Shown one piece after another: positions 1 through 13,402 of a stretch of DNA of 64,000 bases; within the stretch, counting starts at the first letter, position 1; every line of letters starts with the position of its first letter. Source of the stretch: Eledone cirrhosa (lineage: Eukaryota); contig OZ024741.1 of the NCBI GenBank assembly GCA_964016885.1, positions 313,782,001-313,846,000 of the forward strand. Reading direction: 5' to 3'. The notes beneath the pieces are model-generated. The model worked only from the letters and a program-made list of their open reading frames with translations. It made no database searches and was not told the DNA's origin. Made by a program: the position numbers and the translations under genes.

Positions 1-2160
1 TGAAATCACGTGTTAGGCGGAGTCTTTCTCAAATGAAGGATCAATGGGGAGTGAGACGGCTGATGAGATACAAGCTGCGTCAGATTCCAATAACACAAAG
101 CTGCTGTACAGTCTCTGCGTGAAGTTTATGGACCGTCTTCTTCTCTGGTAACACCGCTTCGCAGCAAGGATGGGAAAGTACTTCTTCGTGACACACAAGG
201 AATTCTACGAAGGTGGCGGGAGCATTTTCATGAACTTTTGAATCAGCCGTCTGTCGCCGATGAAGATTTCCTTAATCTCATTCCAGAAAATCCCGTGAAT
301 GTAGCTCTCGCAGAACCTCCGACGCTTGTGGAGGTTGCAGTAGCTATCTCGAAGCTAAACAGTGGAAGGTCTCCAAGTATGGATGGCATACATGCAGAGC
401 TCCTACAATATGGTGGTGAGAGACATCTGCAACATCTTCACTATTTGTTTGGCAGGATATGGGCTAATGAATCCGTACCTGATGACTGGAGAGATGCAGA
501 AATGGTGGTATTGTACAAGGGAAAGGGTAACATGGATGATTGTGGAAACTACAGAGGTATATCATTGCTTTCTGTCGTAGGGAAAGTTTTATGTAGGGTG
601 CTTCTGGACCGTCTACTGACACACATTTCAGATTGTGTTCTTCCTGAAGGTAAATCTAGTTTTCGTCTGGACGCGGCACTACTGATATGATCTTCTCAGC
701 TAGACAGCTCCTGTATCAGGTTTTTGTCGATCTGACGAAAGCTTTCGATACGGTTAACAGAAATGCATTATGGAAGGTTCCCCAGAAACTTGGTTGCCCT
801 GATAAGTTTCTTGCTTTAGTTAGGTATTTCCATGACGACATGAAGGCTTTGGTTATTGTCAGAGGTAACATGTCGGAGCCTATCGCAGTAAAATATGGAG
901 TGAAACTGGAGGCTATTCCAGCACCGACCCTGTTTGCCATATACTTTGCAATGGTTTTCTGTAGTGCATTCAGGAATTGCGAGCATGGTGTTTACATCCA
1001 ATATCGAACAGCGGGCAGCATATTTAACATAAGGCGCTTTGCTGCAAAAACAAAAGTATTTACATCAATCATAAGAGACCTCTTGTATGCAGATGATTGC
1101 GATCTTGTAGCGCACACAGAGAGTGATATGCAGCACATTTTGAATGCATTTTCTGATGCTTGCACTGCCCTAGGATTGACTTCAGTCTCAAGAAAACCGT
1201 CGTCATGAACCAACCTGCCCCAGGTAGGCAATACAGTGAACCAAATATCTATGTGCATAGTAAACGACTTGGAGTGGTTGATCAGTTTGTCTACCTGGGA
1301 AGCACTGTCAATCAATACAGCAACCTTGATAATGAAAACCCACTCAGGATTAGGAAAACAAGTGATGCTTTCGGAAAGCTAGAAAGGCGACTCTGGGGTT
1401 GGCGAGACATATGCAAGAAGACAAAGGTAAAGGTGTACAAGACATGTGTGCTCTCTTCTCATCTTTATGCCTGCGAAACCTAGGTCACATATCGACACCA
1501 CCTTAAGCAATAGGAGCGTTTCCATCAGATGTTTCTCAGACGGATCCATGGCGTTCACTGGAGGGACCACATCAGTGATTTCGAGATTTTGGAAAGACAT
1601 CTGTGTGACAGTATAGAGGCTCTTGTGTTTAAGCAAAGACTCCGTTGGAGTGGTCACCTTGCCAGGATGAGGGATTCTAGAATACCAACACAACTCTTTT
1701 ATGGAGAGTTAGTTAAAGGAAAACGACCTCCACATAAACCAAAAAAGGGGTATAAGGATTCATTGAAAGCCTCTTTGAAAGACGCTAACATTATGTCAGG
1801 AAGGGCATTACTGTTTCAATTCGAGACGGCGGAGGTACTCCTATGGCGCTGACATGCAGCGTCTGTGCAAGACTCTGCCTAAGCAAAGCTGGACTCGAAA
1901 TTCATCTTCACAGTCATAAAATGAGACCAGTGGTTGACTACCAGGCTGATGTTGGAGATGCTACTCATCATGCTTGCCAAGTATGTGGTTGAGAATGTAA
2001 ATCAGCAGGAGGGCTCAAACTACATGCAAAGGTCCATGAACTCCAACCACAGACGGCTATTCCCAGTGAATGTTTTGGTTGCCAAATCTGTGAAAGACAT
2101 TTTAGATCATTGGCTTGGCTGAAAAGCCACATTCGATCCCAGCGCTGTTAATTGCTATCG
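1..2160 (+). mobile_element. RTE-clade non-LTR retrotransposon, decayed; 5' part lies outside the window
   Basis: Frameshifted RT motifs (NYRGISLLSVVGKV, FVDLTKAFDTV, LLYADD, FVYLGS), RLRWSGHLARM, C-terminal C2H2-like fingers at about 1850-2140, then a (GT)n tract. Confidence 0.9.
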
Positions 2161-2312
2161 CGTGTGTGTGTGTATGTGTGTGTGTGTAGATATGTTTGTG
2201 TGTGTGTGTGTATGTGTGTGTGTATATATATATATATATGTATATTATTATTGCTGTTGTTGTCGTTATCATTATTGTTGTTATTATTATTATTAATATT
2301 AATATTGTTATT

Positions 2313-5300
2313 CTCTTAGTCTCAGTCATTGGTGTTATTTAACTGGAAAGTTTGTTGAAATGAATATCAAGCTGCTACCTGCAGCCTCAGATATTCAGGA
2401 CGTATCGGACGGTTCTTGCTGTTCCCAGCAAGCTTGCCTTTTGAAGTGTTCCAAAAAGAGACGCGGGGCCAATTTTCTTTAACCATCCATGGAAACTCTT
2501 TGAGATAGTACCTAATGCGCCTATGACAATCGGGACCACTTTGACTTCATGGCAGTTCCAAATCCTTTTTACCTCCCACTTTAAGTCTTGGTATCGGTTA
2601 ATTTTCTCCCTCTTCTTCTCTTACACTCTCCTATCGTATGGGCAGGCTATATCTACAATCAGGTATGATCTATTTTCCTTGTCCAAAACCACCAGGTCAG
2701 GTCTATTGTGTTCCGGTTTCTTGTCCGTCTGTATCCTAAAATCCCACAGCACCTTCACCTGATCGTTTACTATCACCGACTCTGTCTTATGCTCATACCA
2801 CTTCTCAGAATGTGGTAAAGTGTTTACTTTGCATAGGTGCCAGTGGATCACCCTATCCATCACATCATGTCTCCAGCCTTTATAGTGAGTCTGGGCGAGG
2901 TGTTTACACTCGGATACAATGTGAGCCACAGTCTCCTCTCTCTCTCCACAGATCCTTCACAGTAGGCTAGCCTCCTCCTTGTAAATATGGTGTTTCAGCC
3001 ACTTCGTTTTGAGGGCCTGCTCTTGCGCAGTCATTAGCATTACTTCTGTAGCCTTTTTAAGGTCTCCTCTTTTCAACCAGTTCCTTATCTGTGGATCTCT
3101 GAATTCAGTTTTCTCAACGAAGATACTATGAAGGGATTTTTCCTGAAGGCTGCTCTTTCTGCTCATTGTTATTTCCTCCTTGGACATCCCCTGGTCTATT
3201 GTCCTCTCCTTCAGTACAATTCTGAGCATTAGCTCCTTACTATCAGTCACATATTTGTGTAGGTTGTTTTTCTCGATCTTAATACAGTCCTCTATGCTGA
3301 TAAGACCTCTTACACCTTCGGATCTCCTTCGGATCTATCGACATAACTCCTTGTGTGGAACATGTTGTAGATAGTCAATAACTTCCTAGTCTTCCTATCC
3401 ATTTCTTTTTCTTCAGCAACATTCCATCTCAGAATTCCCGCACTGTACCTAATAATAGACACAGCTCGGAAATGTACTGCACTTATGTCATTCCTACTGT
3501 TCATATGTGACTTTAATACGCTCTATTCTCCGAATGTATTCAGATCTTATCAATTCCTTCATCTTTTTGTTCTTGATGTCATCAGCCTCCAGAACACCCA
3601 AATACTTGTATCCTTCTTCAGTCTCAATTTCCTTTATCATCTCAATGTTTGTAACTGGATTCCGTTGCTTCTGCTCAATTTACCCCTCTTCATCACAAGG
3701 ACTCCACACTTACGAATACCAAATTGCATGCATATATCATTGCTGAAAATACCGACAGTGTCAACAAGCACATCCATCTCCTTCTCACTCTTCCCGAAGA
3801 GCTTAAGACCGTCCATGAAGAGGAGGTGATTGATGGTAAGCTCTCCCTTTCCGAACTTGTATCCTGCTCTCACTTTTCGCAGTATAATAGTCAGGGGCAT
3901 CATGGGAAGGACAAACAACAGAGGGGAAATACTATCTCCCTGGAAGATACCTCTCTTGATCTTCACGCCTCCCAAGGATTCTCCAGCTGATGTTAACTCT
4001 GTTTTCCAGGACTTCATACTTTAGCTCAACAATGTCTGATGTGATCTGCCACCTTTAAGATCTCTAGGCTTTTGGTGATCCAAGAATGAGGCACCATGTC
4101 AAATGTCTTTTTGTAGTCTATCCATCCCATGGCAAGACCAGTGTGTCTCCTCTTGCAATTCCTCATTACCATCTTATCAATAAGTAACTGGTCCTTTGTA
4201 CCACGGGACTTCTTTCGGCATCCTTTCTGTTCGTCCGGTAACAAGTTGTTTTATTGGGAGGAGGTGATGGTAGCTTTCCTCAGACACAATGCTTGTCAAC
4301 AGTCTCCACATTACGGACAGACATGTGATAGCTCTATAGTTGGTAACATCATTACCCTTGATTCGGTCTTTCATTACCAGAACAGTGGTACCTTTTCCCA
4401 ACAACTCTGATACCTCACCTGACATCAAGCAGTCATTGAACATGGTTGTCAGTTTCGGGTGGAGGGGTGTTATATTTTTAATCCAATACCCCTGCACACC
4501 ATCTAGGCCTGGTGATTTCCAGTTGGTTAGTTTTTTGGCCTGCCCCTTAAGAGTTTCAACTGTGATACTCAAATCAGTTTGTTGGTGTATGTTCACCAAT
4601 ATCCTATTGTACTGTCTCAATCAACACTGCCTGGTCATTATGTTTAACATCCGTCTCCCGTATTCCTCTCCAGAATGTCTTAGTTTGTTCCGTCTCCGGG
4701 ATCAAGTCGTTGCCTCTTTCTTTCCCTTCAAGCTGTCCAAACAACATCTGGTTGTTATCAAACATGCGGTTCTGCCTATACTGACTGACTCTGCACTCGC
4801 ATCGTCTAATTTTTGCACTCTTTGCTACAATGCGTTGCTTCAGTTCCTCTATGATAATATTTAGCATTTTCCTCATAGTTTTGTACTTTATTTCCAGTCT
4901 ATTTTTAGTATCTATGTTTTTTAGTGTCCCATTCAATAGAGACTCAAGCTTTCCAATGTCATTTCTCATTTTACTGATTTGACCATTCAGTCGTTTCATC
5001 CACCAAGTTTCTGATCTTTCTTGTTTGTTGTTTGCTCTCATTTTTATGCCGCATTTGCTGTTGCTTTGAGGATATTGTTGCACTGGTGAAGGCCCCTCGC
5101 CTCAAGGTATGGGATGACTTTGTTTACCTTAAATGTTGTTTCTTTTAACTTTTTCCTGTCTACAAATCTTAGGTTCATAGGTTTCCCATTATCGTTGTTC
5201 ATTTCATCTACCCCTAAGTTTAGGATAGCAACTAAATCTTGTCCTAGCCCGTCAGCATTCATCTCCTCAGTGGCTGTATCTCTGTTCCAGGTATTATTTA

Positions 5301-6516
5301 TTTCAGCATTCAGATCATCGTCTGCTTTGGACGGTTCCCCCGTTCTCTCAACCTCTTCACCTTCGTTTCCCACTGGCTCGTTTGCCTGGCATACTCTACT
5401 ACTCTCCATTGCCAACCTAATCTTTCTGCTCAGTTCCTCCAGTTCCAGCCCGCTTATCCACCCATTAGTTCTTATTACCCGAGCATGCCCGGCCAATTTT
5501 TATTCATCTAATTTAAATAGACCAATCTCGTTCCAGATGTTATGCATCCGTTTCCTATAGCCTTTTTCATTGGGGTTTCTCCTCAGGTAACATTGCATAA
5601 CAGTTCTATTCAATTCTTTCGTCCAGTATTTGGTCGACAGCCAGGTCCCTGCTGCTGAGCCAGGGAGCACCTGCTGGGTGAGAGTCTGTCACATGACATT
5701 CTAGTCTCCACTTCACCGTTATTCGAACTGTTTAGGTTCGACATTTAAACACTCTTATCAAGGATTGGTGAATGTATGGTTACATAACCACCGGTGATTT
5801 CATCACCTCCGGTGATTTGATCAGCCTCGGTGATTTTAGCGTGGCACTATCGCGCTGTAGACGAACATAAATAAACAAACACACAAATAGGTAAAATCCC
5901 CCAAAATAAGCATAAGTTTCGTTGTAATGTAATGTTTGAATGTCTGACTTAGTATTTTTGCTTGGCTGTCTCTATGTTTGTTTTTCTTTTCTTTACGTTT
6001 TTCGTTGCTGCTGTGCTTTTTTGATTTCGATTTTTTATTTTTTAGTGGGAATACTACGATGCCTGTCTTAGCAGGAGATAGTGGGAGAGAATAGCGGCGG
6101 TAGCGATAATGAGGCAGTGGTGGTTGTGGTGATGTGATCGTAGTACTGTAGTGATGGTGTTGAAGTTGAAGTAGAAATAAAAGTTGAGGTAACTTGACTA
6201 GAGTTTTTGGCGTGGTAGTGGTGATGGTGGCGGTGGTGGTGTTGGTGGTGAAATTATTTTCCTGTCTGTCCAGTTAGCCATTTTTCTCTTTTTCGACTAT
6301 AACATTTCTGATCCAAAATTAAATATTAAATATTGGGGCCCTATGCCGTAATGTGATGCGTTGTCGCTTGCTGAGAGTCAAAAAAAAGAAAATGTAATCT
6401 TATATTTCCTTTGTAATAAGAATTATTATATCACAGTTGTTTTAAATAAGTAAAAATCAAAAACTTACGGGAGAGATTCCATAACGATATATATCGACCA
6501 TGTGCGTTTTCTTCCC
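2313..6516 (-). mobile_element. R4/Dong-like REL-endonuclease retrotransposon, family A, near full length, decayed
   Basis: N-terminal YWTKELN region, RT ([25 protein letters not shown]), CCHC knuckle remnant, RHD and RPDLVV motifs, 3' UTR then (TAA)n-like tail at 2243-2312; 5' end abuts (TAA)n at 6517. Confidence 0.9.
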
Positions 6517-6547
6517 TATTATTATTATTATTATTGTTATTGTTATT

Positions 6548-7274
6548 CCTTGAATCTCAGTCATTGATGTTGGTTAACTGGAAAGTCCGTTGGATTGAAT
6601 ATCAAGCCACTACCTGCAGCCTCAGATATTCAGGACGTATCGGAGGGTTCTTGCTGTTCCAAGCAAGCATGCCTTTTGAAGCGTTCCAAAAAGCGTGAAG
6701 GGGCCGATTTTCTTTAACCATCCCTGGAAACTTTTGGAGATAGTCCCCAGTGCGCCTATGACAATCGGGATCACTTTGACTTCATGGCAGTTCCAAATCC
6801 TTTTCACCTCCCACTTTAGGTCCTGGTATCGGTTAATTTTCTCCCTCTCCTTCTCTTGCACTCTCGTGTCGAACGGGCAGGCCACATCCACAATCAGGCA
6901 CGATCTTTTTTCTTTGTCCACAACCACCAGGTCAGGTCTATTGTGTTCCAGTTTTTTGTCCGTCTGTATCCTAAAATCCCACAGCACCTTCACCTGATTG
7001 TTCTCCATCACCGCCTCTGGCCTATGCTCATACCATTTCTCAGAATGTGGTAGATTGTTTACTTTGCACAGGTGCCAGTGGATCACCCTGCCCATCACAT
7101 CGTGTCTCCAGCCCTTATAGTGGGTCTGGGCTAGGTGTTTACACTCGGACACAATGTGAGCCACAGTCTCCTCTCTCTCTCCACAGATCCTGCACAGTGG
7201 GCTAGCCTCCTCCTTGTAGATATGGTGCTTCAACCACTTCGTTTTGAGGGCCTGCTCCTGCGCAGCCATTAGCA

Positions 7275-7276
<2 letters not shown>
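6548..7276 (-). mobile_element. R4/Dong-like family A, 5'-truncated
   Basis: ORF 6622-7275 with CRICGEREETVAHIVSEC, RHD, RPDLVV, KINRY; same 3' UTR as the 2313 copy; (TAA)n on both sides. Confidence 0.92.
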
Positions 7277-7323
<47 letters not shown>

Positions 7324-7324
<1 letters not shown>

Positions 7325-10300
7325 AGCTGCATTTATCTTGCTTTATGTTCATACGAGTTATCACCAAGTCACAACCAGTGACCTCAATAGACAACAAGGT
7401 CCGCCATGTTCAACAAAGAACATACATACTCACACATGCATATTTAGGTGTTAAGACTTGTGATGTACTTATATTGACAGAATCTTCCTTAGTATATGGG
7501 CAGTTCCCATTAGTACTATCTTTTGTATTTCTCCTATAAGCGGGTTTCCTGGGATTTGCGATAATTAATCATTAGACCCCTTAGGTATCATTCCTAGAGC
7601 GCCCACAACCACTGGTATTGTTTTATTTCTCAATTTCCACAGTTTTCAAATTTCTATCTCCAGGTCCTTATACCTGCTCAATTTTTCAAATGTTTTTATA
7701 GATACATTCTTGTCTATTGGAACGGACATATCAATTAGCAGGAATACCCTCTTTTTAAAGTCCTTCAATATTATATCAGGTCTATTTGCATCTATTTTTC
7801 GGTCTGTTTGGATGCTAAAGTTCCACAAGATTGCGATGTGATCTTTTTCAAGTATGGGAGGTGGTTGATGCTCCCACCAATTTTTTTGATGGGGCAGGTC
7901 AAAATGCTTACGCATTACCCAATGTACGTATTGTGCAGCTTTGTCATGCCTGTTTAGGTATTCGGTTGGAGCTATAGGACTGCACATTGAAATTATATGG
8001 TCAATGGTCTCTGGTTGTTTTTTACATACACGGCATAATGGGCTGCATCCATTTTTTATTATGTTGGCTTGGTAATTTTTTGTTGGCAGACACTGATCTT
8101 GTGCTGATATAATCAGTCCTTCAGTCTACGATTTCAGTCCAGAGGATGCCAACCACTGATGGGTTAAAGTTTTGTCAACATCAGGATTGTTAGCTCGGTC
8201 TGGGTATTTTCCATACAGAGGCTTTTCTTGCCATTTCTTAGCCAGTTTCTGTAGCAGTTCTTTCTTTGCAGTTACTTTTACCTGCTTTAATTTTTCTGTG
8301 TTTTCCATTTCAGCAGTAAATGGGACTTGTGAAATGTATAGTCCATTACTGTATATTTGTGCATCTTTTGTAATGGAGTATGATCTTTTGATGCTTTCGT
8401 GTTTCAAAAAGAGTTTGATCATCCAATCATGTGCTTCCCTTAGATATGTAGATAATCCAAATGTTGCAGTGTTCAACGCAATGTCTAACTGGATTAACGC
8501 ACGTCCTCCTTCTTTCCTAGGGAGATATATTCTATCTGTATCTGCCTTGGGTGATGCATTCTGTGCATGGTTAAGAATTTTCTAATTTTTGTATCGAGCC
8601 TACGGATCTCTGTGCTTGAACAGTTGATGACATTGTAACTGTAGGTTACTACTGGTATGGCAAGCGTGTTTATGGCATCGATCCTATTCCTTGCATTCAA
8701 TTCCGTTCTTAAGATTGCTCTTACTCTGCGGTAACATTCCTTCCTTATCCTTTCCCTCAATGTCGAGTGCTTGTTTCCGTCTCCTTCACAAACACGTAGA
8801 TATTTGTAAGTTTCCTCTTGATCAAGTTCTCTTATCACATTCCCCCGATCAAGATTAATGTCTGAACTCTTCAGCATTTTTCCTCTGCTGAACGTGGCTT
8901 TGGCGCATTTATCTAGTCCAAACTCCATTTTAATGTCATCACTGAACTGCTCCACAGTGGATAATAGCCCTTGCAATTGTTCATCATTTTTTACAAATAG
9001 TTTCATGTCATCCATGTAGAACAAGTGATTAATGGTTTTGTCATAGACTTTATAGCCATGCTTTGTTTCATTGAGAATTTTACTTAATGGTATAAGTGTG
9101 ATGCAAAATAAAAGCGGTGATAAAGAGTCACCCTGAAAAATTCCACAATTAATATTAACTTCTCCAGCTTCCAGTGATTTTGTTTCACTATTCAAAAGGA
9201 GTGTCGTTTTCCATGTCTTCATACTGAATGACAAAAACCTCCTGACAACGGGAGATATTTTGAAAATCTCTAAACATGTTTCAATCCAACTGTGTGGGAA
9301 ACTATCGAATGCTTTTTTTATAATCTATCCAAGCAATTGATAGATTTTTGTGTCTATTCTGACAATCTTCCAGTATCATTTTGTTAACCAAAAGCTGATC
9401 CTTACAGCTTTATGAGCCTCGTTTACACCCTTTCTGCTCAATGGGAAATAGGTAATTTGTTATCAGGTGGTCATATGTATATTCAGTTAGGACTGATGTT
9501 AAAATGTTATACATTGTGGTCAAGCAAGTTATCGGTTTGTAATGTTGGGGATTGTTTGTCTCATCATTATTCGGAAGCAGGAATGTAATGCCGTTAACTA
9601 GCCATGATGGTATCTTTTCTGGCTCCTTAACTATTTCATTGTAAAGTTGGGCTAACAGCTCATGAGACTCTGTGAAGGTATTCATCCAAAAATGTTGTCT
9701 TTAGTCTTTTCCTGGGGATTTCCATTTGCTGGTTTTTCTTAGAGCCAAACGCAACTGTTCAACTGTTATATTTTCCCATATTTGTTCCTCAAGGTGAGCT
9801 GTATCTTTCATTTGTCTGTCTATCCATGGGGCATGTATATTATGGGGCATGTATATTATGAATGTTTTCTTCGGCCCACATCTTTTTCCAGAATTCTTGC
9901 ACTTCCTGCTTGGGTTGTATTTATTTAGCAGTTATTGTTGACTTACCAATTTTTCTGGAGAAGTTTCTTCAGTTGTTTTTGAACATATTATTGTCCTTAT
10001 AGAATCTAGATCGTTTTTCAAAGCGCCTTATACGAGCAGCTTTGGCCGACACTTTTTGCTTGATTATTTCTATCAGCATGTCTATGTCACTTGTTGATTT
10101 TATACTGTACTTTCTTTTCAATTTTCTAAGATGAGTTTGTTTAACATGTTCACCTACTTTATAGTTTGTTAAAATTTCTATGTCAGATCGGAGAAGGTTT
10201 ATTTGGCGATTGATGTTCTCTTGCCAAGTAGATTTGTTGTGGGAATTCCTTTGTTTTTTCATTTTTACTCCACATAAGTGATTGGTGACTTTAGCCGATG

Positions 10301-12236
10301 CATAGTAGAGATGATTTAAATCAGTAATGTTTAGTTAGTTTGTTTGTGATGATAATGTTTTTGAGAAGTATGTTAGTCTTGTGTATTATCTTTTGGTTCT
10401 GTTTGGAGTTCTGGATCTTAGGGAGGGTGTCTCGTTGCCCCATGTCAGATTCTTTCATTTTCATCCATTCGATCATAATTTCATCCTTCAAGTTGGCAAC
10501 TTCATTCTCATTCATTTCTTTATCATTTACGATCTCATTGTTTTCATTTGGAGTTTCATCTTGAGCATGCCCTCACTCCACTTTTTTGATCCTTTCTTTA
10601 ATGTGTTCTGTTTGTCAGTGATTCAACCTCAACCCTGGGATTCGAAGTGTTACAATTTACCTCGTTTTCACTGACACATGTTTCATTTTCCCTTCGCTGA
10701 CTTTGTGCTAATAGCTTGATGTGATCAATTTCTATATCAGTTAGTAACTTTTTTTTACAATATTTCTTCGTATATTGGCTAGTTTGTTACTGTCAATATA
10801 GCCTCTGTTTTCGGGATGTTTCGTTTTCCAGTTGATATATGTCTGTTCTGTATTCGATGTATTTGATGGGTAGTACATGGCAGTGTAGAAAGCCTCAAGG
10901 ACTTCTTTATTATCTTCCCTTGACCATTGTTTTCTCTTTTTCTTTGGATTTCTTGGTGGTGAGCATGGAGAGCCAACAGTCGGAGTATTCCGTTTATGGG
11001 AGGTCTCCAGCTCCGAAGTGATGGGAAGGTTTGAACCATTAGCTGATTTTTCGACCCCAGTCTGGTTCCTCTCTGAGGGAGGCGGCCCTTTTTGACCCTG
11101 GTGATGGCCGATCCGGTATGAGATTTTATCATTAGACATTTACTTTATTTTGTCGCGTTTTATCATTATCCGCCAAGGGGTAATCATTTCGTGTTACCAC
11201 TTCTAGAACGAGTGTCAACCAAGACTAGAGGGGTCGGCCTCCCCTAGCGAGACGGCTATTCTCGGCCATCATCCCGGTATTTCTTGGTCACGGGGTTTTA
11301 TTTTTTGTTGTTTTTTTAAATTGTTATTATCATGAGTGGTTCCTTAATGTGAGCATTGCGTGGCTTAAGAATGAAATTATTAATAATATAATATACTTTT
11401 TGCTGAAGTTGCCTGTTATTGTTGTTGGCTATGTCGGTGGTGGTGCTGGGGCTTTTTCTATTGTTAGTGGGGAAGGGATGAGCCAGCAGTGCCATAGTCG
11501 TTCCCGTTTGGCCGGTGGCCGGGTCACTAAGTCAATCTTTTTATATCTTTTGCTAGCCTCTCCCTTGTCTAGTGATACCGCCACCTTCCCCTTTCTTAAG
11601 TTAACAGAAGGTAATGGGGGGATAGTGGTGGTAGCAATGAAGGAGTGGTGGCGGCGGTGATGGGATAGTGGTTGCAATGATGGATGGAGTGGTGGCGGCG
11701 GTGACTATAGTGATGGCGTTGTCGTTACTGAGTGTTGTTGAATAGACTGTAGTTTTGCTTGATGTGTATCTATGCGTTTGTCGTGTATGTTTAATATATG
11801 TGTTGACATATTTATTTAATATTGGTTTAAATATTTTGTTAAAACTTGAGACAATAATAATAGTAATTATTATTATTATGCTGGGATTGGTGTTGTATTT
11901 AGTGTACACAGAGGGGTGATGGGGTAGGTGGTGTATCTAGTTTCTGGTGTTGGTGAAATTGCTGTTATTTGGCTGTTCTATATAGTTTAGACAGGTGGTT
12001 TTCTTCCATTTATAACCATTTTCTTTTTTGAATATAAAATGTATAATACAAAATTGAATATTTGAGCGATATAACAATATATTATGGATCCGAATTTTTC
12101 TGAAACTTGAGTCGGATGCTTTATGTATCATTTGTACTAAGAATTGTTATTTCACAATTGATTTAAATATGGTAAAAATCAAATATTTACGGGAGCGATT
12201 TCATGACTTTCTATCCACCACGTGCGTCTTCTTCCC
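7324..12236 (-). mobile_element. R4/Dong-like family B, near full length, decayed
   Basis: ORF pieces 7469-11139: KQWSREDN N-terminus, GIFQGDSLSP, LFYMDD, LNRHD, RPDIIL; about 1.1-kb 5' UTR; (TAA)n on both sides. Confidence 0.9.
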
Positions 12237-12241
12237 TTATC

Positions 12242-12295
<54 letters not shown>

Positions 12296-12313
12296 TTATT
12301 ATCATTGTTATTA

Positions 12314-13231
12314 CTCTTTGAGTTTCAGTCATTGATGTTAGTTAACTGGAACGTTTGTTGAGATGAATATCAAGCTACTACCTGCAGCCTCAGATATTCA
12401 GGACGTATTGGAACGTTGTTGCTGTTCCCAGCAAGCATGCATTTTGAAGCGTTCCGAAAAGCGTGAAGGGTCCAATTTTCTTTAACCATCCCTGCAAACT
12501 CTTTGAGATAGTCCCTAGTGCACCTATGACAATCGGGATCACCTTCACTTCATGGCATTTCCAAACCCTTTTTACCTCCCACTTTAAGTCCTGGTATCGG
12601 TTAATTTTCTCCCTCTCCTTCTCTTGCACTCTCGTGTCGAATGGGCAGGCCACATCCACAATCAGGCACGATCTTTTTTCTTTGTCCAAAACCACCAGGT
12701 CAGGTCTATTGTGTTCCAGTTTCTTGTCCGTCTGTATCCTATAATCCCACAGCACCTTAACCTGATCGTTTTCTATCACCGCCTCTGGCTTATGCTCATA
12801 CCACTTCTCAGAATGTGGTAAATTGTTTACTTTGCATAGGTGCCAGTGGATCACCCTGCCCATCACATCATGTCTCCAGCCCTTATAGTGAGTCTGGGCT
12901 AGGTGTTTACACTCGGATACAATGTGAGCCACAGTCTCCTCTCTCTCTCCACAGATCCTGCACAGTGGGTTAGCCTCCTCCTTGTAAATGTGGTGTTTCA
13001 ACCACTTCGTTTTGAGGGCCTGCTCCTGCGCAGCCATTAACATTCCTTCTGTAGCCTTTTTAAGGTCTCCTCTTTTCAACCAGTTCCATGTCTGTGGATC
13101 TCTAAATTCAGTTTTCTCAAAGAAGGTACTATGAAGGGATTTTTCCTGAAGGCTGCTCTTTCTCCTTGATATTATTTCCTCCTTGGACATCCCCAGGCCT
13201 ATTGTCCCCTCCTTCAGTACAGTTCTGAGCA
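12314..13231 (-). mobile_element. R4/Dong-like family A, 5'-truncated
   Basis: Open CCHC plus REL domain (12390-13231), family A 3' UTR, (TAA)n flanks. Confidence 0.9.
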
Positions 13232-13257
13232 TTATTATTATTATTATTATTAATAAT

Positions 13258-13370
13258 GGGTTCAAATCCCGCCGAGGTTGACTTTGCTTTTCCTCCTTAC
13301 GGGGTCGATAAAATAAAGTACCAGTAATATACTGGGTAATTGCTGGCCTTGTGCCTAAAATAGAAACAAT
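13258..13370 (+). mobile_element. Fragment of a tRNA-derived SINE with a Nin/Deu-like central domain
   Basis: B-box-like GGTTCAAATCC, then GCTTTTCCTCCTTACGGGGTCGATAAAATAAAGTACCAG; its 3' tail GCTGGCCTTGTGCCT...ACAATTATT recurs at about 63750 and, more diverged, about 62630. Confidence 0.65.
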
Positions 13371-13402
13371 TATTATTATTATTATTATTATTATTGTTAT
13401 TA

